Shown: piece after piece, positions 24,819 through 32,337 of the stretch
How positions within the stretch are numbered: position 1 is the first letter of the stretch
How the letters are laid out: every line of letters begins with the position of its first letter
Origin: a virus
IMG/VR virus record: IMGVR_UViG_3300019458_000002
Coordinates: 1-64,000 of that record
Reading direction: 5' to 3' (one strand)
Length of the DNA stretch: 64,000 nucleotides
Position numbers and translations under genes: made by a program
Notes under the pieces: generated by a model
Databases searched by the model: none
What the model was told of the DNA's origin: nothing
Seen by the model: the letters and a program-made list of their open reading frames with translations, nothing else

Positions 24819-25609
24819 TATTCTTCCCAGACCATTAAGGTTCTAGACCACAGCATCTCAGGAGCATTAACGCCAAAGTGATGCAGTACCACGCTTACGT
24901 GGGTTGCTACGTTTGGTAGCTTTGCAATTCCGGTTGACTTCTTGACTGCGCCGCCATCTCCACGGCCATAAAAGTCTACGCCATCAGTCCAGGCTTCTAG
25001 GTCATGCCAATTTGAGTCAATGGCAACTCCTAAGTCTAGAATTTGAGGTGCTGCTGCGCCCAATGAGGCTACAGCTACGAAGTTTGTATTTGAGCCACCA
25101 GCATTCTGGGTTGTCCCAACTACGCCCACGCTCATATGCTTGTTAGTAGCAAACTCAGGAATGGTGCTGCCACCAGAATCCGAATCCATGCCACCAGCAG
25201 AAATCCAGGTATTTGTAATGGATGGAATTGCCGTTACTTTAATGCGAGAAGCAGTATATCGCTTCTTAGAAGCTCCAAAAGCATCCCAGAGATTTGGAAC
25301 GGCATAAAGGAGAATTGCACTATCACTAGACGTATCTGGTACAAGCAATTGAGGAGCACCAGGCAAGTCCTGAGGAGCGCCTGTGGTTCCGCTTGGGAAA
25401 GCCACGCCTGACATAATATTAGTGAACTTTGAAGGAGAGTCATACAGGAAGTACCCAACCTTTTTGTCATTTGCAATACCAAGCTTTCGCTTGGCCTCAT
25501 TCAAATGGTACTCTAACCAGCCTACGCTTCCAGGAATGACTGCATAGCCTTCGCTGTCAACAGGCAAATCTTCTCTAACCTTTAAAACTCTACCGTATCC
25601 TTCACTCAT
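24818..25609 (-). CDS. Structural-region protein with VDSEGY N-terminal motif
   Basis: 263 aa: VREDLPVDSEGYAVIPG. Confidence 0.55.
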   Translation of the reverse strand: MSEGYGRVLKVREDLPVDSEGYAVIPGSVGWLEYHLNEAKRKLGIANDKKVGYFLYDSPSKFTNIMSGVAFPSGTTGAPQDLPGAPQLLVPDTSSDSAILLYAVPNLWDAFGASKKRYTASRIKVTAIPSITNTWISAGGMDSDSGGSTIPEFATNKHMSVGVVGTTQNAGGSNTNFVAVASLGAAAPQILDLGVAIDSNWHDLEAWTDGVDFYGRGDGGAVKKSTGIAKLPNVATHVSVVLHHFGVNAPEMLWSRTLMVWEE

Positions 25610-25652
25610 CGTAATCCTTTAATCTAAAGTTTGTGTTTGTTAACGAAACAAA

Positions 25653-25665
25653 AGGACTTAGTCCT
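25653..25665 (-). terminator. Weak hairpin + U-tract (possible intrinsic terminator)
   Basis: Minus strand AGGAC-UAA-GUCCU followed by UUUGUUUCGUU, just after the stop of 25678..26112. The stem is only 5 bp. Confidence 0.25.
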
Positions 25666-25677
25666 GCTCAAGCAACC

Positions 25678-26112
25678 TTAGGTTGCTAAAGATGACCAGC
25701 GTACAAAAAAGTGGAGTGTTACAACGTTTTCGGTAGGGCTAGGACCATCTCCAAAAAAGAAGCCGCTTAATTTATCGTTCTTATTAAATGGAATGGGAGT
25801 TGTAAACTCTACTGCAGTATCAACTGGACCACCTTCAATAATGCGCATTTCTGGGCCAATCGGATTCCCGTTCAAGGTCATTCCGCCGACAATATCACGT
25901 AAACCTTGTGGTTCACGAAGATGCGCTACTGCTCCTAGAATTTCTCCTGTTCCCAGAACCATAATAGGAATAGTTGGTGGAGACCCTCCACCCTCAATAG
26001 AGAACCAAACTGGCCCTATCTGAGATAGGTTTTTTAGAACCGTATAACCCTCAGAATCTACAGAAAAATCTGTTCCCCTAAGAATGGGAGATATAGACCT
26101 TGAATTAGCCAT
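25678..26112 (-). CDS. Structural-region protein with VDSEGY N-terminal motif
   Basis: 144 aa: LRGTDFSVDSEGYTVLKN. Immediately downstream of the tube gene. Confidence 0.55.
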   Translation of the reverse strand: MANSRSISPILRGTDFSVDSEGYTVLKNLSQIGPVWFSIEGGGSPPTIPIMVLGTGEILGAVAHLREPQGLRDIVGGMTLNGNPIGPEMRIIEGGPVDTAVEFTTPIPFNKNDKLSGFFFGDGPSPTENVVTLHFFVRWSSLAT

Positions 26113-26121
26113 ATAAGTTCT

Positions 26122-26592
26122 TTATGGTAGCTGAGTAGAACCAGCTGTTTCGAAGTTCTCAGTGCTTTCGTCGTCTACGAAGATGCCAATGAAAGTGATT
26201 GTAACCTCTTCCAATGTTCGACTTGAAATGGTCGTTGCATATGATGTAGGACGAACCTCTTTGAACGTAGCAACACGTTTATTAGTCTGTCGGTCTAGGA
26301 CCGCCATCTGTAGATATTCGTGCGTAAGCAATTGGCTCAGGGCTGGTACTCGGCCTTCTACGTGAGGACCATGGTCAATAACTCTCCAACCAGAGGCTGT
26401 GATAGTCACTGGCTCCTGGGCAGTATAGTCAATTTCGGCAGGCGAGTACCGACCTAGAATATATACAGGCTGAGCATCATAGGTCAGCCCATAACTAACA
26501 TTGTTAAAGATACCGACTGGAAGAGTCTGGTCTTTGTTTGGGTCATAGAATCCGAGAATCGCTCGGGCGCCAGACATTACTTTCGGGGGCAT
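26122..26592 (-). CDS. Tail tube protein (putative)
   Basis: 156 aa, directly downstream of the sheath gene. Beta-rich. Size and position are typical of a myovirus tube. Confidence 0.55.
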   Translation of the reverse strand: MPPKVMSGARAILGFYDPNKDQTLPVGIFNNVSYGLTYDAQPVYILGRYSPAEIDYTAQEPVTITASGWRVIDHGPHVEGRVPALSQLLTHEYLQMAVLDRQTNKRVATFKEVRPTSYATTISSRTLEEVTITFIGIFVDDESTENFETAGSTQLP

Positions 26593-26618
26593 TTATTTAT
26601 CTCCTGTTTCCTTGAATA

Positions 26619-29147
26619 TTAACCAGCGCTTTGCTGAACCTGTGTAACTAGGAAGCTGATTGGCACGAAGTAGATTGCGCCAGCGAGCTTGACTTCTAGG
26701 CTTACTATCATTGTTGGACCCTTGATACGGATAAGGGCATTTCGGAAACCCCTTGGAGCATCAATGCTAGAAGCAATGAGCTTCAACCGGAACAAGTCTG
26801 CCATGATGGATTCGAGGGTAGTTAGGGCAAGCTGTGCGCTTACATCTGCTACGCTCTGACCAACGAATGCATTCTCCATACGTCGAGCAGTTGTCAAAGC
26901 AATTACGTCTGCTACGTAGGTTGCCTGGATACTATTAAAGACGAAGTTATCGTCCTTAGTGTATGTAGTCTGGTCCGATACCCAAAAGAAGCCGCCAGTT
27001 TCAGACCGCTTGATGGGGAGTAGACCATTTAGCAGGGCATCTTCCAAATTCGAGTCATTTTGGTCACTAAAGTCTCCTGCCTTTTGCAAAGCTCCAGAGA
27101 TATTGATGAACTTGTGAACGATTGGACGATAGAAACCTGCTGCCTGCATACCGGCTGCCTTGACGGCGCCCATCCATGGCTGGAACTGAACAATAGTTCC
27201 AACGGAGTTGCTGTCTTTGACATCCTGGAATGTCATTGAGCAACGGCTAGATGCAATGTTAGAAGCTGCGAGCTTGTTGTTTAGGAAACTTGCCTGCTTA
27301 GACAAGAATGCCTGTCGATTTCGTCTACGCTTAAATGTAGACATCTTGAGTACGTGGGTTCGGCAATACGCATTGAGGTCATCAATGAGGTATGTCGAGC
27401 TTGGGTCAGTAATACCATCTGCAATGTCTAGAGATGCATCGCGGGAGAAACAAGGAACTACGAAGTTACCTTGTACACTCTCTAGAGCATCAATGGCAGC
27501 AGTTAGGTCTGCTTGAAGTGTGGCTCCCTTAGCTCCACCCGATAGGAAGGCGAGGGCGGACACGTTTGGAAGGCCTGCATCTGGTTCAGTTGGAAGTTCA
27601 ACTAGAACTGCATTGTCTCGCATAAATGTAAAGAGACTGTTTGCGTCCTGCTTAATTCTTCCATTCTTGGCTCCCCAGGTGCTAGCAATACCATATGTAC
27701 CTGAGTCCAGGTTAGAGGTTGCTTGCTGAGCTAGGCTTGTTGTTGCCGCAGCCGCAGTATATCCACCAAGAGAATTGATATAAGTAACTAGGTCACCAAC
27801 GGTTGGGTAGTCGGTCATCTGAAGAACGATAGTTCCTGGATTTGCACCACCAACTGCAGTCAGTGTCAATGTCCGAGGAGCAGCGGATTTGCTGGCAATT
27901 GCCGCAGTTGCGGTTGTACCGGCATAACCTAAAGTTAGTACCACTACTCCACCAGCGAACAAGTCTTCAGTTACAGAATCTAGCGACCTAGAAGCATTGA
28001 TATTGGCAATGTACTCAGAGCTAGAAGCTAGGTTTGTGGGGGTTCCGCTCTTAGATACCCAAGCTGCTAGTGTTGCCACTAGAGTCGTGGTATTGAGAGT
28101 GAATGCCATATCTGATAGCAAACCACCAGACGAGTTGTTACCGATTTCCAGGGACTTGCCTAAGCCATCAACAACAATTCCTGCTTCCAGGGTTATGGTG
28201 ATTGCAGAGAAGTCACGAAGATGGTCAACGGTTGCAACAGTAATTGCTCCACCAGCATCATTGACTGGTGCAGTAAGTGTGGCTCCTGCGCCAGTTAGGT
28301 CACGAAGCTTAATTGCAAAGATTTGAGTTGTAGAAGCAGAGGTAACTACGTAAGAACCAACGTTCTCAGCGCCCGCCCCTTCAATAACTGAAGCAGCAGG
28401 AATTACCATGATATCACCAACAGATGGGGTTGTATCCCAGGTTCCACCAGTTAGGTCTACTCGTACGCTATTTCCAGAAATGACAACAAGCGCAAGACTC
28501 TTACCTGCAATGACAGCTGCTAATGTGCGTTCAACGCCACCAGTTGCTGCTACGTCTGATACGGCGTCAATGGCTGTCTTCATGGTGTCAGGAGTGTCAC
28601 CAGCAGTTAGAAGGGCAGATAGCTCTGCTCCACCATTAACTCGGAACTTGACGGTTGTATTCACCTGTGGAACAGTTAGTACAGTTGCACCCGTTGAAGG
28701 TACAATTTCAGACTGCTTTGCTGTAACAGCATAAGCAATTAGATTTCCAAGTTTTCCGTATGTACGGTCCTGGATAACTGAATAGGTGCCACCACCAAAC
28801 TTCGAAAGAATATTGGAAGCTCGCAAGCTCTTGTTGGGCTTAACGAGAATTGCTCGAAAAAATGTACCGGCAATGTTTGGGTCATTGGCTGCCGCAATCA
28901 TGTCACGGAAACCATCGACAAGAGGTCCACTCTTATACTTGGCAGTTACATCGGCTGCCTGGTCTGGCCCGAAGCTATTGAGAGAAAGGTCTTCTTCTAG
29001 TGTAAAGTCAGGACCCGCGTCAGCTTCTCCAACTAGCATGATGACGCCAGTAGTGGAAAGGCCAGAGTTTGAGGTTTCGACTTTGATTGTCGAATAAGCT
29101 CCGGGGATGATTAGGACTCCTGCGTCCGTTACGAATTGCTGTGCCAC
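26619..29147 (-). CDS. Contractile tail sheath protein
   Basis: 842 aa, GTG start with AGGAGA upstream. N-terminal IIPGAYSTIKVETSNSGLSTTGVIMLVGEADAGP and a C-terminal ...ALIRIKGPTMIVSLEVKLAGAIYFVPISF pattern, both typical of sheaths. Confidence 0.75.
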   Translation of the reverse strand: MAQQFVTDAGVLIIPGAYSTIKVETSNSGLSTTGVIMLVGEADAGPDFTLEEDLSLNSFGPDQAADVTAKYKSGPLVDGFRDMIAAANDPNIAGTFFRAILVKPNKSLRASNILSKFGGGTYSVIQDRTYGKLGNLIAYAVTAKQSEIVPSTGATVLTVPQVNTTVKFRVNGGAELSALLTAGDTPDTMKTAIDAVSDVAATGGVERTLAAVIAGKSLALVVISGNSVRVDLTGGTWDTTPSVGDIMVIPAASVIEGAGAENVGSYVVTSASTTQIFAIKLRDLTGAGATLTAPVNDAGGAITVATVDHLRDFSAITITLEAGIVVDGLGKSLEIGNNSSGGLLSDMAFTLNTTTLVATLAAWVSKSGTPTNLASSSEYIANINASRSLDSVTEDLFAGGVVVLTLGYAGTTATAAIASKSAAPRTLTLTAVGGANPGTIVLQMTDYPTVGDLVTYINSLGGYTAAAATTSLAQQATSNLDSGTYGIASTWGAKNGRIKQDANSLFTFMRDNAVLVELPTEPDAGLPNVSALAFLSGGAKGATLQADLTAAIDALESVQGNFVVPCFSRDASLDIADGITDPSSTYLIDDLNAYCRTHVLKMSTFKRRRNRQAFLSKQASFLNNKLAASNIASSRCSMTFQDVKDSNSVGTIVQFQPWMGAVKAAGMQAAGFYRPIVHKFINISGALQKAGDFSDQNDSNLEDALLNGLLPIKRSETGGFFWVSDQTTYTKDDNFVFNSIQATYVADVIALTTARRMENAFVGQSVADVSAQLALTTLESIMADLFRLKLIASSIDAPRGFRNALIRIKGPTMIVSLEVKLAGAIYFVPISFLVTQVQQSAG

Positions 29148-29185
29148 GTTATTGTCTCCTGTATAAAACCTTTATCTAGTTTCTA

Positions 29186-29196
29186 GATTGTTGTTT
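29186..29196 (-). promoter_or_regulatory. AACAATC motif upstream of the sheath gene (candidate late-promoter element)
   Basis: Plus strand AGATTGTTGTT (minus AACAACAATCT), 39-49 nt upstream of the start at 29147. Confidence 0.3.
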
Positions 29197-29219
29197 ACTT
29201 TGTTCAAATTTTTGTTGCT

Positions 29220-31064
29220 TTACTCTTGTTTCAATGGCGTAAGCGGCGCCTTTGCTTGACCAGGAGGAGCTTTTACACCACCTAGTCTGCTAACTGCTCC
29301 ATGAAGCTCTTTTATTTTCTTCTGAGCTTCTGGTGTCATTGCTGATGCATGCCCAGACTTTGCAGACAACCAGTTAAGGGTGTGCGCAACTGCATGTGCA
29401 GATGGCTTCTGACCATTGATAAGGGCTGCTTTGACAGTTGCGTGTGCAAGTCTGTCGGCTCCATTCTCTGGGTCAGCTGCTTCTGTCATCCAATTCAGGT
29501 GTGCCTGATAGGGATGTGGCTTAGGCTGGGGTTGTCCTGGAATGGTATCAGCCTTGTACATTGACTTGGCTGGTTCTCCTGGATGTGGGGCAGTGTCTGG
29601 AGCAGTCATGGCTGTTTTGTTGCCAAATGCCTTCTCACTGACTGTAGGTTTACGACCTACCTCAGGCTTATCTGCCTTAGTCATTTCACTGCGAGCCAAT
29701 GCACCCATACCAGCCGCTAATCGACTGCCAGTCTTTGCCTTAGATGGTGCGGTTGCGACTTGCTGCCAATTCGCATTACCTGTACCTCGGAACTTAGAAA
29801 TGAGGCTATTTAAGAAGCCTACGCCTCCTGCTCTCTTGTCTGCTGCCAATTCATTAGCAGCTGGACGTCCAGGAATCTTCATTGTGGTATCGCCTATGGG
29901 AGCCTGTGCAGGCATGACCTTAGGAGTTGGATTACCGGCTGCTCGTGCAGCTAGAATTTCATCGGCACCAATTTTTCTTTCAAATGCTGGCATAGCAGGC
30001 ACTGCTCCAGCGGCTGGAACTGCAGGCAATGTAGGTGCTGTACCTAGTGCTGCCTTTGCATTTCCCATTGCTCGAATATCTTGTAGAGAAGTAATTGTGC
30101 TTTGGTGTGGTTTCAAAGAAGGAACTGCGCCCCGAATACCTGCGGTGCTACGACCAGGAATCCTTGGTGTGGCTCCCCGAATGCCTGCGGCTGAACGACC
30201 TTTGCCAGGGATAACTGGAGTCTTGCCCTTTGTGGACATTGTAATTGGGCCTTCAGTAGACATCTGCTTTGCAAGGCTGTCAGATTTGCTGAGCCCTTTG
30301 TTTTCTTTAATTTGCCCACCAGAACCTTCAGCTTCGACCTTTTTAGAGGCTTTGGTGCCAGGAAGTGTGCCTTCCTTACCAATGGTCTTTGTACGAGCCT
30401 TAGGATTTGCTGAGTCTTTGCGATTGATATAGTCTTCAGATTTCTTAGACTGACCCTTAAGTGGGTAACCAGCTACACCCTCTGCCTTAGCCGTAGCATT
30501 TGGTGCTTTAGGCATAGTGGGCTTGGGAGTTGATGGGACACCAGCTGCTCTTAGAGCATGAGTTGAACCTATAACTGCTTTGTCCATAGGAACTTCAGGC
30601 TTAATTTCATCTGTCGAGCATTTGCCCATAGTTTCTTTGTGGGTCTTTCCACATTTAGAACAAGCTTCTGCTTTAGAGTAATCGCACATGGCATTTTTAT
30701 TCATGCCAACGCCAGTCTGCTGAAGGCCAGGGACTCCAGAACCGCTCATTGCTGAGCTTGCTCCATAACCTTCCACTGCATTCTTATTTAGGCGCTTTGA
30801 TTTCTGCTCATTGTGAATCTTCCAAGCAGTTGCATAAGCCTTTTCTTTGTCACCACCATATTCTCGCTTGAGCTTGTGCATCAGTTCTTCTGATACTCCA
30901 GGTGGTGTAGTTTTCTTTAATGGTTCAAGAGCTTTTTGCGCTGACTCTTCTTTCTTAGAAAGCTGCTCCAAATTCTTCTCGAATTTAGTGAGCTTTTCTT
31001 TAAGCGCTGTAGCTAGGCCTTCTCGAATCTCACCAGTTGTTAAATCTTTTTCTTTTTCAGACAC
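29220..31064 (-). CDS. Low-complexity Lys/Ala/Gly/Pro-rich protein (scaffold or internal virion protein?)
   Basis: 614 aa, GTG start with AAGGAGA upstream. Tandem RSAAGIRGATPRIPGRSTAGIRGAVP. Cys cluster CDYSKAEACSKCGKTHKETMGKC. Confidence 0.6.
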   Translation of the reverse strand: MSEKEKDLTTGEIREGLATALKEKLTKFEKNLEQLSKKEESAQKALEPLKKTTPPGVSEELMHKLKREYGGDKEKAYATAWKIHNEQKSKRLNKNAVEGYGASSAMSGSGVPGLQQTGVGMNKNAMCDYSKAEACSKCGKTHKETMGKCSTDEIKPEVPMDKAVIGSTHALRAAGVPSTPKPTMPKAPNATAKAEGVAGYPLKGQSKKSEDYINRKDSANPKARTKTIGKEGTLPGTKASKKVEAEGSGGQIKENKGLSKSDSLAKQMSTEGPITMSTKGKTPVIPGKGRSAAGIRGATPRIPGRSTAGIRGAVPSLKPHQSTITSLQDIRAMGNAKAALGTAPTLPAVPAAGAVPAMPAFERKIGADEILAARAAGNPTPKVMPAQAPIGDTTMKIPGRPAANELAADKRAGGVGFLNSLISKFRGTGNANWQQVATAPSKAKTGSRLAAGMGALARSEMTKADKPEVGRKPTVSEKAFGNKTAMTAPDTAPHPGEPAKSMYKADTIPGQPQPKPHPYQAHLNWMTEAADPENGADRLAHATVKAALINGQKPSAHAVAHTLNWLSAKSGHASAMTPEAQKKIKELHGAVSRLGGVKAPPGQAKAPLTPLKQE

Positions 31065-31099
31065 TGCTTAGTCTCCTTGATAGGCTAATGACATTAATT

Positions 31100-31110
31100 A
31101 GATTGTTGTT
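31100..31110 (-). promoter_or_regulatory. AACAATC motif (candidate late-promoter element)
   Basis: Plus strand AGATTGTTGTT, 36-46 nt upstream of the start at 31064. Identical 11-mer to 29186-29196. Confidence 0.3.
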
Positions 31111-31128
31111 GTATCGCGGAACAAATAT

Positions 31129-31728
31129 TTAGAACTTGCGCTCCAAGTCTCTAGTCATTTGCACATAATTTTCAGCACGCCGCGCCTTCCGGTGCTCGGC
31201 AATACCCTGAAGTATCCGGTGCTCAGATTCTTTGTATCCACCCAAGGTAGGGTCTTGTTCAACCGTAAATTCCGATGGATTCAGTTTGTTCCAGTCAAAA
31301 TGGAGGCTTAAAAACCCCTTTGATGGGACAGCCGTATACAAATCCTTAGGAGGTTCTGTTCCAAAATCAAATGCCCCTGTTGAAGAATGATACATTCCCT
31401 CATTTGGGCCATTGGTATAAAGCAATTGATGCTTGCCGTCTTCTCCATGAATTACGGACTCCTGGCCAAACTCCTTGCCCAATTGAAACATTTCTTTGCG
31501 AGTTGGATTTCGAACAATAAAGCTTTTCTCTGGATGTTCATACTTACCATGAGTCTCTTCGTATTTGAGTCCCATTTCATTGAGCCTTGACTTGAGACCT
31601 GTGTGTCCACCCTCATTCACCTTGGGATAAGATGGTCTCTCTCCAGAGATAAGACCTACTGAATGACCCTCTCTAAATAGAGGATGGTCCTTAAGGGGAT
31701 GAATATCGTGAATGGAAAACTTAGGCAT
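31129..31728 (-). CDS. Hypothetical protein
   Basis: 199 aa, His-rich, within the structural block. Confidence 0.55.
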   Translation of the reverse strand: MPKFSIHDIHPLKDHPLFREGHSVGLISGERPSYPKVNEGGHTGLKSRLNEMGLKYEETHGKYEHPEKSFIVRNPTRKEMFQLGKEFGQESVIHGEDGKHQLLYTNGPNEGMYHSSTGAFDFGTEPPKDLYTAVPSKGFLSLHFDWNKLNPSEFTVEQDPTLGGYKESEHRILQGIAEHRKARRAENYVQMTRDLERKF

Positions 31729-32337
31729 TTAGGATACGTAGTCTAGTTCAAGCATAATTAAGTGACCAGAACGCAATGACATTGAGTCTGCATCGCCTTT
31801 CATAACCTGAACCTTATATTCATGATTGCCAGTAGGTGGAGGTATGTCTGTATCGATATCAAACATCTTCCATTCGCCTTCTGTATCTGGAAATTCATAC
31901 GGCGCAGACATCATGTCAACGACAGTTCCATTTAGGTCATCACAAATCAGTTTAAGTGCTGCTCCAGTACCTTCAGTTTTTACACAGCAATTGAGACGAC
32001 CTCGAATTTTAGTTACATCATAAGCAAAGAATGCTGGATTAGTTACGATTCCACTGCTTTCGACATCTATCCAAGTTTCACTTGTTACAATAAGTTCTTT
32101 GCCCATAAATCTAGAACTGGCTCTGAATTGCACACGAAGATTTGGGTCATAATAGAACCCCTTCTGAGCCATCGCTTCATCTAAAGACTCTAGAACTCCA
32201 TCTATGTTGTCATTGACTTGAATATCAATGTAATCCTTTGTAGTAACAATTACATTTGTGTCTTGTGATACCAAGTTCTTTAGCATTGCTTCGTTGAAAG
32301 CAATGCCCGGTCTATATCGTCTTTTTACATTTGCCAT
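31729..32337 (-). CDS. Hypothetical structural-region protein
   Basis: 202 aa, abuts both neighbouring genes. Confidence 0.55.
   Translation of the reverse strand: MANVKRRYRPGIAFNEAMLKNLVSQDTNVIVTTKDYIDIQVNDNIDGVLESLDEAMAQKGFYYDPNLRVQFRASSRFMGKELIVTSETWIDVESSGIVTNPAFFAYDVTKIRGRLNCCVKTEGTGAALKLICDDLNGTVVDMMSAPYEFPDTEGEWKMFDIDTDIPPPTGNHEYKVQVMKGDADSMSLRSGHLIMLELDYVS

Noticed and set aside
29542-30432. 296-aa plus-strand ORF (also 30113..30382, 30847..31071, 29349..29564)
   Set aside because: It is antisense to the 614-aa low-complexity gene. Its Ala/Gly/Pro-rich translation is the mirror of that gene's composition. It has no start context and breaks the operon packing.
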